DNA of 63,998 bases, counting the filler, from Trypethelium eluteriae (Eukaryota): NCBI GenBank assembly GCA_051942245.1. It is 3 parts of 3 records of this genome, joined end to end, with 100 filler letters (N's around TTAATTAATTAA, not from the genome) between each part and the next. Parts side by side here need not be neighbours in the genome. Positions count along the whole stretch, not along the records: positions 1 to 22,611 come from JAVECL010000438.1; 2 more parts are not named here. The stretch is one strand, 5' to 3'. Of this stretch, positions 1-13,159 are shown piece by piece. Positions within the stretch are counted from its first letter, which is position 1. Every line of letters starts with the position of its first letter. The notes under the pieces are model-generated. The model ran no database searches and was not told the origin of the DNA. It saw only the letters and a list, made by a program, of their open reading frames with translations. The translations under genes and the position numbers were made by a program.

Positions 1-3000
1 GAGGCGTCGAGGCTTGGGGAGGAGGAGCGGGAGAGGTTGGAGGGGGAGTGTTGGGAGGAGGATTCGTCGTTTGGTGTGGAGGGTTTGGGAAGGCGGCATT
101 CGGGGTACTCGTCTTCGAAGCGTTGGATCATGTTTTGGAGTGTAGTGTCTAGGAAGAGGAGGCGCCCTGGATTGTGTTAGTGGAGAAGTGGGAGTAGTGT
201 TGGACGAAGGACTTACGATATGCTGTTTCGTCGCCAGCGTTAGCTTCTTTCACAAGAGCTGGTCGTAATCGGTCACGAATCTTTCGAGCGCTACCTAAAA
301 GATTCTTCGACATGTTCATGGCTCTGCCCTTGCCATCCTCGGTGGCTTTCGCATAGTCCTTGGGGGTCACAGTGCCACTGGCAGGCATGGAACTCCGCCT
401 AGCTTTCTCACCCAGGACATAGCTGAGCGCTTTGACGACGCCAGTGCCGCCGACGATATAGTCGTCATCGGGTGCCGGGTCATCTGCGTCATGATTCTCG
501 TTGACACCCTCGACATGACCAACAAGATGTAAAAGCACATCAGGAAAGGCAACATCCGTCTCCCCTCCATGCTGGCCAGCAAGTGAGGCTTTAGCGCTTG
601 CGGTCTCCGTGCCATCAGACGTCGTCCATCGTTGAATATTGCGAAGACAGTAGGCGACTACCTGCCTAGCGAGAGCCTTGACGACTTCGCTTGTACCCTG
701 ACTTGGAACATCGATGTCAATGCAGATGATCGACTCCGAGACTCGCGCTGCAGCCATCAAGCTTGCATACAGAGCGCAGGCTTCCTCTTGACCAGCTTCA
801 TCCTGCGCAGATGCCAGAGCAGAGAGTTGTGGATTTTCGAGGATATTGAGATGAGCAAGACTGGGACCTTCTGGCAAGATCTCCGCTAAGCTAATTGCTT
901 GAGCAGGTGAAAGGGAGACGTCAACGAGATGCAGTCTCTTAAAGTCGTGCATCTGAGGAATGTACTTCCGAAGAATGCCCAAGGCACTCGGATCTGTGCT
1001 GAAGAGGTCCCTATTGTGTGATAAATCAATGAACTTGAAGGCGGGTAAACGGACGAGTGCTGGGAAGAGCGGCTTCAGTGATGCGGGTGATAGATTACAA
1101 TCCGCCAGACAGAGAGCCCATAGATTGTTTTGATCGGTCAAGACGTCAGCAAGACGATCCAGCCTGTCGCGCAAATCATTCCCTCCGATGTCAAGGCCTT
1201 GACAAATGCCCGACTTGAGAAAATGAAGGACGTGCTCCAATCCTTCATCGTCAAGGTGGTTGCTAGCTAATCCTAGTCTTCGTACCCCACTGACGGTTAC
1301 GGCGTCAACGACTTTACGGATACATAACGCTGTCAAGCCACATTCTGCCATAATGAGCTCTTCTAATGTTGAGCCACCCAGTCGCTCAGAGAGTGACTTG
1401 GCAAATATCTCAGCAACATTCTCGGGACTTTTGCTCGCTTCAATGGTTCGATCGCCGTTCGGAGAAGAAACTGCCGAGGAGGACAATGTCTTGGGGAATG
1501 TTATCATAGACACATCAATAGACTTGAGTGATCGGCACATATAGAGAAACAGACTTATATGCTTCCACCCAAGCTTCGTGATTCTCGGATTGTTCTTGAG
1601 CACGAGTTTCTCTACGACGCCTGTTCTCTGGGCGGCTTTTCGTGAGTTATGGCGACCATAGTGACGGCGAGAAGACATCTCCTCAGGTGTCTTCGCCGCC
1701 AGTAAACCAGCGAGAATAACGCGAACACCCTCATCTGTTAGGTCCGCATCTTCCAGCAGAAGCCTCTTCACCGGTACCACAGCCAACCAATCACCCAGAG
1801 TTAGAAGATCTGCGAGCTGCAATCTTGAACCGGTGAGGTCTAGAGTTCCCACAATCCCTGGCGTATCGAGTGCACAAGTTGAAGGTAACGAGAGCTGTTC
1901 GCTGATGCGTTTCAAGACAGGGGTTTCGCGCAATTGACAGCATCGTCGGTAGATTCTGACAGGGTCAGTCGTAGGACGATCTTGAGGTCTCGGTGGAGTT
2001 CCAGATCGAGGAGGCGTCGACGAAATGGGTGGAGAACCAGATGAATTCTCCTCCGAATCCCTGGTAACCTCGACCGGTACTGAGCCGCTTTCTTCAGCTT
2101 TACGCCGTTTTCTTTCCTTTCTTTCCTTCTTCTCTTCCTCTGTCCGCTTCTTTTTCTCTTTCTTTTCGCCGGGTTCCTGTTCACTGTTCGGCATTGCTCT
2201 TTCATAATTCGGATCGCTTTCATTACTGACGGGCTCTCCAGTTGCATGGATGACGCCATCACTATCCTTCTCTTGCGCCACAGCTTGTGGATTCTTCAAT
2301 GCGGCTCCTTCGCCCTTCTCTTTCATTTTAAGACCCTTCTCCCTCTTTTTCTTGTCACTTGTGTCTTCCTCCTCGTCCGTGTACCTCGGTCCACCAGCGA
2401 TCTCAACGTCCACACTGAAAGCCACTCGCCGGAGCTTTTTATCGTCTAACTCAGGCACAAGGCATCTTGGCCGTTGACTATCGATGTTCATGACTTTCCG
2501 GGGAATGACACCACCGTTGCTGGCCGACTTTGAGGATGGACTGAGTTGACTGCCAGAGGATAATCGCTTAAGAGCACTTGAGAAAAATGAGCCACCACCG
2601 GCCTTTGGGGGCTGCGGTACGTAAGGAGCCATTTCCTCCTCTTCCTTTCGTCCAGGCGTGGTCGAGGACGGCGAAGTGACAACGGTAGTCCCATTTATCG
2701 TAGACGATATCGATCCTTTCGCATCGCTATTCGAGGGGCCTCTCGGGGGGGTTGTAGGTGGCGCCTGAAATGGTTGGTGTGGTGGCTGAAACGGAGTCTG
2801 GTTCTGTGATGAAAACTTCGAACTGATATTGGATATCCAGGAGCCACGGCGAGGTGGTGTTCTGGAACCGTCAGGAGGAGATGTCTGGTTTGAAGGAAGC
2901 TTCTCCGAGCTGCTCCTCGAGAGAATATTTGGACGTTTGCTGGCTGGCTTTGGCGGAGCGGGCGGGGGCGTATTCTCTTGAACTTGTTCTGTAGCTGGAA

Positions 3001-3290
3001 ATTGCGGTGGTTGCACAGCCAGAGGTTTCTGTGTCTCAGCCTTCGGCAGGCCGCCATGGGAGGATGTGGGGGGAGGTGTGTCGCGCGAGAGACCTGGAGA
3101 AGAAGGGGCATGAAGACGATGGTGATGCTCTAGAAATGTGAAAGGTAGTTAGCTAAAAACTCCTCTGGCGACATGTTGTTCGTATAATATGTCATGCTGC
3201 AATCGAAATAATACCGGCGGATGAAGCTGCTGGCTCACCTTTGTTCGAATGATGGAGCCAGCTTACGTCGACTCCGTGAATGCCCTCCAT
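1..3290 (-). CDS. MHP1: MHP1/GIP3-like RNI-type leucine-rich repeat protein (cell wall biogenesis Mhp1 family); 3' end runs off the window start
   Basis: 955-aa ORF 149..3016 with RRVAFSVDVEIA (PP1-docking-like RVxF), YRRCCQLRETPVL and LRR segments. Short first exon MEGIHGVDVSWLHHSNK from the ATG at 3290, intron ~3238-3130, a further intron near 216-167, then RRLLFLDTTLQNMIQRFEDEYPECR. Confidence 0.8.
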
Positions 3291-4186
3291 AACTGCTGAC
3301 TGTGTCCAATCCAAGCGAGCAAAATGCTACAGCATCTTAATTGGTTTTGTCAGATGCCGGAACCATGAAAGATCTGTGAGTGCAGCCCCAGAGAGTGAGG
3401 GGAAGCGATTTGCGGGAGATCCGACCAGACCACGCGACAGGACAGCTACTGCGCTATGATGGCATAGGCCGGACTAGATTGTTCATGAATTGAACTGATA
3501 CAGATCAGTATCTGGAGATCTCAGTGTCCTTGTCCTCTAGGCACAAGCCAGACACAAGAGATGAGAACAGATGGATCTCCCAAAGCCAACATTACTAAAG
3601 TGCCGGACGCACCTGAATCCCACTGGAATCTCGAGGTCCGAAGCCCGTGAAGGACCGGCCGAAGGGGCCACCCGTACCCAGGGTCACCTTAGTATCCGGA
3701 CCCTTGTGCCCTTGAATATCGTGATATCGTCGGGTACCTGAATGCTTTTACCACTTGCGCAGGAACGATATAAAGAGTCGTGTGCCTAGAGGATCAGCCT
3801 CGTGCCGCTGTACCGAAGTCTCTGGGGAACTCCCAAGGCTTTGCAATAAAATGTATGTTGGGAGACGAATCCACGGGCTTCTTCCGGTTGCTCCACTCGT
3901 AAGCTGACATGTCCATTACTCATTGTACTAAAGCTCGCTCGCATGCTTAGCTCGCTCATCGGTGCCCGGTACGGAGTACATGTTAATAATTTGAAGATCG
4001 ATTTGCAGATTCTACAGAGCCACTAGCGCCGTCTCATGGCCTTCCTCGCTCTGCATCCCAGAGACCCATCACCAGAGGCGACACTACCTATAAGGAATAG
4101 AAAATAGAACTCCAGTTTAGTAGCTAATGGACATCCGCATTGTGGCATAGCCCCTCCTTGCAATCTCTCCATTTTCAGATCCCTTC

Positions 4187-5320
4187 TCAGTCGTCGCCCT
4201 TGAGCTCGGCGATTTTAGCCTGCACTCGCTCGCGTCTCTCCTCCCTGCTAATCTTCGACTGCTTGTATTTAAGAGACTCATCTTTGTATTTCTCTTTCTT
4301 CTGCTCCTTGGTGAGCTTCTCAGACTGATCAGGATCGGCTAAGAACGGATCTTCGCGAATCTTGCTGTGGGCTTCAGTGTAGAGTTCCTCGAGTCCGTCT
4401 GCCTCAATATCATCGTCAATGTAGCCTGAGAATTGTGACTTGTAGCGCTCCTCATCGTCATCCGCCAGTGTCTCCATGTACTCTGCCACATGCCCACCGA
4501 AGATGTACTTGCGGAGCGTTTCCGCGTCGAGCTCTTTGCTCTCGATATCGAAACCGGGGAAACGATTCTCTGAGTGAGGAACGTAGATGCCTCCATCGGA
4601 GGCCCCCTTCATGGCACCGAAGACGCGTGCGCCAGTGGAAGTTCTAGTCAGGCCGACATCCAGGAAAGCCTTGAAAGGACGGCGTTCCTCTCCGTCATCG
4701 CCTTCAGCGGCTTCGGTCAATTTGAATTCTCCATCCGGTTCCTCCACACCAACAAAGTCTTCATCCAGACCAAGCTTCTTCAAAGTGCGACGAGCCAGGA
4801 GAAGGCCGGTAGCATATGCAGCCGCCCAGTTGGTGAGGCCATGACTGATGCCATAACGCTTAAGCTCATGACCATAAGCAGACATAAAGACCTTGTCCCC
4901 TGCAATTTCCGAGCTGATGATTTGGCAGATAATGTCTCGGTTGGTGAAGCGAACGACGAGGCGATACTTGGGCGCATTGTACTTGTTCTTCGCCTGAGCG
5001 ACAAGTCGCTTGCGGGCGTAGTAGTCGGTCTTTCCGGCGCGGCGGCGCTTGTACTTGACTTGGAACCGTCTGTAAATGAGGTTAAAGAGTTCGAACTTGA
5101 TAGAATACTATAAGATGTACTCACGAGAAGTAGGCAGAGTTCTTGACCAACTTGGTCTGCAACAAAGATTACGAGTCAGCAATTTGCGCTTCAGCCCTCA
5201 CTCCGAAGCAACTTGCGTCGACTCTAATCCCCTCGTGAGGGTATGCTCGAAGAGCATGTTCAAAGAGGGAATCGAGCGCTGAACTGAACAGCGTCATAGA
5301 GGAATACTTACAAAAGGCAT
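4187..5320 (-). CDS. RPL5: 60S ribosomal protein L5 (uL18), 3 exons
   Basis: Exon 1 ATGCCTTTT (5320-5312), exon 2 TKLVKNSAYF, exon 3 RFQVKYKRRRAGKTDYYARKRL...GLTNWAAAYATGLLLARR...RTSTGARVFGAMKGASDGG; GTAAGT/GTGAGT donors. Confidence 0.97.
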
Positions 5321-5951
5321 CTTGGTAGAGGTCCTGCACTCGACAATGCAGGTAGTGGGAAAAGAATGGTCGTTTGGTGATAGTACAATACGCAGTACTG
5401 GAAGGTAGAGTGCGCTCGCTAAATTTTCAGGTGTGTGGGCTTGTGAAATTTCGCTTCAATTCCGTGGTGGGGGACCAACCTCGATCTCGACATAGGCACT
5501 CGACCAGGGACACACCTTGTCCCACAAATTGTTTTGAACTGTAGCCTCTGCATAGGTAGCCATGCAATTTTCAGGCTTCAATTATTTCAAGAATAATTAT
5601 CAAGAATACTTGAGATTGTGGCTAGGCTAGGAATCAAAATACGAATTGGTCATACATATTGTCACATTTGCACTGTGGAGAGTAATAGAAAGTTTGATCA
5701 ACAACATCTTTTTAGGAACAGCCCGATCGCTGAAAGGAGCGTTGTATGGTAGGCATTTCTATTTTTCGTGAGTCTTGGAAACACGTAACAGCGTAAAAAG
5801 CTTCATGGCAGACCAGCCGCGCTGTAAACCAAACAATCGACAAAGCAATCAACGACCGGACAGCAGCCCTCTTCCTTCAGCCATTGCGGTAGCCCAAGTG
5901 AAAAACAAGACACAATTTCTAATCCCGTGAAATGACATAAGACAACACCGT

Positions 5952-6964
5952 TTACTCGCTTTCCTCCTCAGCACCGAGGACACCACGAGCGAAGTGGCGC
6001 TTCCTGAGGTTGTACTCAACAGCCCGCTTCTTGGCAGCTGGGCTCTGAGTGAAGGCAGCAGAGCCACCGAAGGGACCAGCGAGGGCAGCATTTTGCATGC
6101 GGACGATGCAGACGTTGTTGGCACCGCCAACTTGGGCAGAGCAGGTCATACCCTGGGGCATCTGGACCTTGACGGGGAAGTCGGTGGTGGTAGCGCCTGA
6201 GAGACCTCCAATGCCGATACCTGGAACGTTCATCATAACCTAGAGTGTGGATCAGTACGAGCGAAGCGAAACGAAACGTGAAACTGGGGACTGCTTACAG
6301 TAGCCTTCTGGAAGGCGTTGGGGTCAGTGCCACCTGAGGTAGCATCAACGTCAGCGGTGAGAGGACCAGCACCGTCCTGGTTGACTTGGTGGAAGTTCAT
6401 GGTGATGGTACCGTCATCGGCAGTGGTTGGCAGGCCAGATGTCTTGCCTTTGCCAGCGGAAGCAGCAACGGCGTTCTCGGTTGTGCCCTGGGGGGTCTTG
6501 GTTCCCTGGCTGGTAGCACCCTGAGCTTGACCACCACCAAGGAGGCCACCAAGAGCACCACCTGCGCCACCTGCACCACCGGCACCAGCACCACCGGCAC
6601 CGCCGGCAGCGCCACCACCGAGGAGGCCGCTTAGGAGGCCACGCTTGTTGGTCTGTGCCTGTGGAGCAGCAGAAGCAGGTGCGGTTCCCATGAAGACAGA
6701 GACGACCTTGGCAGCGTCGACTGGTCCACCAGCCTTGGTACGGCCAAGAGCGGAAGCCTTGCTGGTGCCCATCTCGTTGGTGCGGATGATGGAGGTGTCC
6801 ATCTCGGAACCGCAGCCGGGACTGGCACAGTCACGAGGAGTGCCATCAGCGACGGAGAGACCTGGCATGTTAACACCGTTGGCGCCCATGACCATGTTGA
6901 TGACACCGTGAGCGGAGACTGAGCTGGCCAAGGCCGCGACAACGACAGCTGATGAGTAACGCAT
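5952..6964 (-). CDS. Secreted Egh16-like / DUF3129 (GAS1/Mas1-like) cell-surface protein
   Basis: Signal peptide followed by HGVI; FHQVNQDGAGPLTADVDATSGG and CIVRMQNAALAGPFGG motifs; one intron ~6298-6240; Gly/Ala-rich insert. Confidence 0.85.
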
Positions 6965-9111
6965 TTTGATTTGTGGGATTAGAAATGTGATTCGAGAAAT
7001 TGAATTACTCGGGTTCAGAAAAGAGAGGATAGATGGCTACCGAAAAATTAATGGTGCGACCGGCGCAGAAACTAGTTGACCAGGCGAATGGAAGGGAGGA
7101 TCGGGCTGTTGATGATGAGGATGATTCTTGGAAGGCGAGTACGAAACAGCGTATATATACTTCTCTCACCTACTCTGTGCTTGGCCAGAAAGCTTGAGCG
7201 AGATCAAGCTTCGCTCACGAAGCAATAGTGCAGAGTCTCAGTCGCATGTCTCCACTCCTGCTTCAGGACCAGATCTGAAGCCATTGACGGTGGCGTTTCC
7301 GAACTGCATAGTGGGTAATGAGACTGCCAAGCCTATATCGAGCGTTTGCTGAACAAGGTTCCTCCTGCTCTGTACTGTGTTAGCCAGACTTGAGCTATTT
7401 TGTCATGAGAATCGCATGAGGCGCAGAACCCTGTGCGTATCATCTGCATCAAGATAAACATGGAAAGGTCTGCTGTCAGAGACATCTGGAGCTAGCGGGT
7501 CTGTAATGCATAACAAAACGGGCGGCTGCTGTTTGCAAAAGTGTAAATATGGTAAAACTCCATACTTGCAACGATTCAGAGACGGCGAATGAGAGAGCGC
7601 GACCGGAATCGAAACTTTGAAAACATAGTGGCATAGTCCGTGAGGAAAGCTATCGATCGCGGAGAACCGAGGCACTCACCTAGCCGTTTCGGAGTGTTTA
7701 AATGAATCCGCAAGAGATTGAAGCTCTCTACGTGTGATCGATTCAAGTCGGAGTAGAATGAGATCATCCGTAAAGGATACTCTAGTAACCAGGAACGAAA
7801 GGAATACACTGGCCTTGGGCATTAGGCTACTCATAGAGACAGAGCAGTCACAGCCATCTTCGACATAGAATGCTTGTCTAGTTGCCTTTGTTTGTCAAGT
7901 CGTCCAGGGTGCGTACTGATGTGACTACTCCGTATTCCGTGCCAAAGCTCTCTACGAGGATAGCCTGCCTCACTAGGCGTTTCTCGTACCAAGATTCTGC
8001 GATAGGATAGTCCTGCTGGACCAATTGTCGTCATTCTTTACTCAACCGGATCTCGGATGGTCAAAAACTTCGAAAGCTAGATCGGTGGGAATAGGGGGGT
8101 GGCTCAAAATAATACTAGCCTCGTTTGAATAGCAAGTCGAGTTACGGGCCGCTCGGTCTAATGCCATCCGTACTGAACAACAAGGTCACAGTCAACATTC
8201 GCTCTGGCTGGAGTAGACTTTGATGTTCCGAGGTTATCGGAATGAAAGCACATTGAGAAACAGTGTTGACGATGAAACGGTCTCAAGTTCTATGCATTGA
8301 GGTCACATTCGATACGCTAAACCTTGTTTGCACTCACTGAGCGTTTCCTCTCACTCGAAGCGCCCCATGAAGCCCGGCCCCATTCCCGGTCACCATTGCT
8401 AGCTGGAGAAATGGGGCGCAGCCGTGAGAGCCTCAAGTGGATCCTGGGGTCGATTGATTCATGATCGGACGAGTGTAGCAAGATCCCCCATGGATCGACG
8501 CTCCCGCGAAGTTGAGTGGATCATTCACCCAGAGCCTCTTGCCAAGAAGAAACGCGCTTGTGTAGTGACCTTCTATACGTTCGATACATGTGAATATACG
8601 GATTCATGTCATCCGCCAGGCTCTACTCTACATCCTTCTGCAGTCGGCATGCTGTCATTTTCTATACCTCTGATCAGTCATTGTAATAAGTGATCCTGGC
8701 CAAATTATGTAATTAATGCGACGCAGCTGTAGTATACAACTAGTTACATGAAGGGGCTTCTTCGAAGCCGACCTATTGAAAGGTAGCAATAGATAAAATC
8801 GTCTGCAGCAATCCCGACATCATGTTCAAGTTCGACTGTGAATCGAGCTCTGAAACATGCTTGATTAGAACAGTCCAGTCAGCTACTCAACGGCCAGCGT
8901 TCCAGAGCCATCCCCAATCGCTCTGTGCAGACCGGTATGATAAACCATCAAAAAACGCCCATCCCCCTTTGGCGTGCAAAAATGATGCATCCAAACAGAA
9001 CCACGAAATGCTCGTCGTGAATGAATTAGTCATCCGCGAGTGCCGCGTTGTATTTAAATATGTAAACAACCCCCCGTCCCATTAAGACCCACTTTTCAGC
9101 CGTAATTCTCC

Positions 9112-11545
9112 TCAGTGGTCATAGCCGGCACCCCTCTGCCAGGGACTGGTATTGTTTTGGTTTCTGAATCGCGCAGCGTCAGACCTTAGCGATTCGGTTC
9201 GATCGCCAGAATAAGACGGCGGACCGTGCCTGCTGCCGCCATCTCCAGGGAACATAGGAACGGACGCGTTGACTGGTGAACGAGGCGGGTTGCTGTACGA
9301 GCTCTGTGGAGGTGCATATGGACCACCTTCTGGCTTGGGCCGGTCTGAGGTGGAGGAAAAGGACTCCTCGTCGTCGTCAAGACGGGGTTTGCCATAGTAA
9401 CCACCTGCCTTGTCACCACGAGCAGTGGCACCAAGGGCATCAAGCTCAGTGTTGCCAAGTTGGGTCTGCGATTTGATAAATGAGCCGCGGTCATCTCGCA
9501 TCGGTTGGTACCGCGTGTCTGGGTTCTTGGAGACAATGGCGTAGATGGAGGAGACCAGGACCAATATCAGCAGCACGGTTGCGAAAGCTGCATTAAATAT
9601 GAAGAAGACGACACCAATGACACCAGTGACGATTCCCTGAATCATGTAAGATATTTGGAACAACCGGAGTCAGACACGACACTTACAGGCTGGTTGAAGA
9701 CTTCAGTGAAGATCAGAAGGAAGATCGCGCTCAAAAAATTTGCCGCCGCAATGGCAATGTTGAACGCATTGACCTTCTTGTCCATGTATGGCCTCAGAAT
9801 GCTGACACCAATCAATAGACCTGCTTCCAGCAAAACAAGAGCGATTGCTTGCGCTGTGCCACTTGACTGAGAGAGGCCAATGAACATTCCTTTCACAAGA
9901 ATATAGAATAGGAAAGGCACGATGAAGTAGTATGCTGTGGCCTTGAACTGGACATAAAGAAAGCCCCACTTGTTTAGGGAAACGGGATCCGAGTAGAGGA
10001 TGTAAGCAGGGTTTTGGTGCATAGCGATAGAGCGCTGAGCAATTCGAATCACCTTCGACGAAGCCCAGGCAAGGGTACCAATCATGGCGAATATGGTGAA
10101 GACAGCCAACACAACTTCAGCGGAGGAATCTCGGACAGTCAACTCCCAAAAGCAGAGAACCACCATCTGGGGGAAACCAATGAGGACCTATATCGAGTTA
10201 ACGGAGCAGACCAAACAGGTATTGTAAAGCCACCTTACAATGCGATAAAGGATGCCTTTAACAACAGTCGTCCAGCCATTGCGGAAATCCTGGAAAGTGT
10301 CCGATTTGATCCTGCCGTTTCGCGCAAGCAGCTCACAGACACCTTTGAATATCAAGAGACCAAGTATGGTGAACATGACGAAGATGATGAAGAAGATATA
10401 GCCAGTCAAAAAGATGTTCGTAAGCTCGATACCAGCACGAAAGCCTACACGAGCAATACCTCGCACGATAATAGCGGATCCACCAACTTGAGTGGGAGCC
10501 TGGCTATTGGTTCGCGCAACGAGCGCGTCAGCTCCTCGGCGCATGAGTTTGCCGGCCGTCTCCAGTGATCGTGAAATCAGATGTCCGGCACCCCGACGGA
10601 CAAGTCTATCAGTGGCTTCCAGGGATCTCTTTTGGACCTCAACTGAGGTCGTTGAAAGATCAGAAAGGATCTGAGATGGTGTACCGCCAGTGGCGCGTTG
10701 ATACCACAGAGCTAGATCCTGAAGGAAACCAACCCTAATGATACCCATCGTCCATTGAAAGTTCTGTGTCCAGGATGCTGCGATAGGTGGTAGAGTGACA
10801 GAAGACATGCCAATGAAGGCCTGGGCCTGGAAATAACCGAAGAGCGATAGGGTGTTTGCGGCAACGTGGGCAGCAGTGTTGGAATGTCCAAGACCGGAGG
10901 TAACGGCAGATGTGATAAGTGCAATACCTACAATTACCGCCGTAGTCCAACTTACGGCCTTTTGGTCAACTGTCTTTCCGTTGGAAAGCTCGGCTTCTAC
11001 ACAAGCGACGCTCTCTCCACCGTCGGTCATGTTGATGTAGATCTGAACCTTTGCATCAAGATCAGGCACAGTGTAAGCGATACCTGGAATGATCGTCACG
11101 GTCAGCTTCTCGAAGCGATTGGATGATAAAATTATTATGCGGTTTGCAAAGACTCACCTGGAATGTTCTTGACTACACTAGCATCAATGGCAGTGTTGGC
11201 CGAGTTGATTTGAATTTGACCCTCGTTCATAGGACAAAGTCCCTCCAGTTCAGTGCTCTCGCACGGATGAATGGTCTGGTGATATGCATTGTAACCGTAA
11301 ACGAGGAAGATTAGCTCGGCCGTGACATTGCCGGAGATATCGGATACACCATTGATATTGAATGACAGGGAGTTATTGCCAGGAGTGAAGGCGACGTTGA
11401 AAAGGGTGGCCGAAAACCGCGAATCTGCTTGGCAGGGGTTGAGAGACTCGGATTCAATCACTCGTTCGGCCAGCGACAGAGGTGTAAGAGCAAAAAGGTA
11501 GGCGATAAGAAGCACGAGCGGTGTTCTTCGTAGTAAGAAGTCCAT
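9112..11545 (-). CDS. FLC/Pkd2-family TRP-like membrane protein (ML-like domain plus multi-TM TRP domain)
   Basis: ORFs 11135-11656, 10188-11099, 9642-10166 and 9112-9663 join via introns: signal peptide MDFLLRR..., IPGIAYTVPDLDA, LSNGKTV, WTQNFQW, KWGFLYVQF, YQPMRDDRGSFIKS, C-terminal WQRGAGYDH. Confidence 0.9.
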
Positions 11546-13159
11546 TTTGATGGATGTGGGTGTCGGAGGTGGAGTAGTCGATGCTGGAGGACGGAGGTCT
11601 CCTTTGACGGATGTACCTACTCGGCAGAGCCCGGAGTTGTGGTCGTGCCCAACCAAGTCCAGACAGGCACAGGCAGAGTTATACCCAAGACGTTCGCATC
11701 AATAACGAGCAGATTGTAGTGAATGACAAGGTCAGCGAGTGTTGTGAATCCTCACGATGGATATGTCCAGAGAGGTGTGAGACGAAAGGGAGGGTCGGTT
11801 GTCGTCGCGGTGACGGGGTTGGAGTACTGTAACTAGAGTAGTGCGTGGCGCTGCAGGTACGAATACAGTGAAAACCGGAAAGTCGGCGGCAACTGGTTGT
11901 CGTCACGATCAACGGCACCCCAGCCTCCCAGTACTGCGTAACGAGTGTAGAAGAAGTTGAGGTATGAAAGAGCGTTCGAAGTCCAGTACGGAATACCATT
12001 CAAAGACGATGACCGGTCGACCTCAATAATGGTGTTGAGGCTGTGTGCAGGAATGAGGAGGCTCCGTGCTCGGCCTTTTGGTCCTTCCGCCCCAATTCAG
12101 GGGGTCAGCACGAGTTCGCGTGGAAAAGGAAGGAGCTCTGCTCGCCCGCCCTTTACGCCAACTGGTCACTCTTTACGAGCTGCAAATGATGCTAGCAGAG
12201 AACGATCAACGTTTGGTGCTTTGGTTCTTGGCTAAGATGTGCAGCAAGACTGAGGAAACTAGGTTAGGTAGGTAGATACTCCGTACTCTGCAAACAGCCT
12301 TATTGGATCCACCGGCAGCCTCCTCCTGGTCTATTAGACAAGACGACTTTCGTCAGAGTCTTTGAGCAGCCGACCGGTTCTAACTATTTGAGGTGCTTGT
12401 AGCCGTAGATCTGTGCCTTTGCACACGCTCTTCGTCTCAAAACCCGTTGTTTGGCACCTTTGTTGTCGCAGCGTGCCGCGCAACAAGACCCCTCAACCAA
12501 TCAATACAGGACCCTGTTTGCTATTGGTGCACCAAATCACAAATCCCATCAATCTCATCTCCAAGCGCACCTGACTACCGTAACGTCATTATTGAGCAGT
12601 TTGGGGTTCCTCCAAGGCTTGCGAAGAACTACCTAAGGTACCTACATGAAGCCTGACCTCGTCTGGTCAGATGATTAAGATCAGCAAGTGTAATTATTCA
12701 TAGACAAGCCTGGGTTACATTTGTTGGCCTAATTTCCAAGGTTCGCGTTAAGCTGAATAAGGTAGGGCGGGATGCCTTCCAGAGAGGCAACCTGTAGGAC
12801 GATCTCGTGTCATTTTCTTCGTACGCTTCGTCAGCATGACTTGACGGATATGTATTCCGTACAATTATCCCAGTATGCACTCGAAGCCTGTTCATTCGTA
12901 TGTGGCCTTTCGGATCTGTCTAGGCCACCACTGTCGAATGTGCCTGAAAATATTCCATACACCTAATCCGCATCAATATGCCGACCTCGATGTTCTCAAA
13001 AAAGTCACGTGATGATAGTCCATTGCAGTCAGCGCGCCTTCTGCGGAGATTTTCAGTCTCGCTTCTGACCGCTTCGGTAGAACTACGGCTGTATGACGAT
13101 TTTTTGACTCCCAGAACAAATTCAAGAAAGCTGCATCGGTCATGCGTAACGACGCAGCC

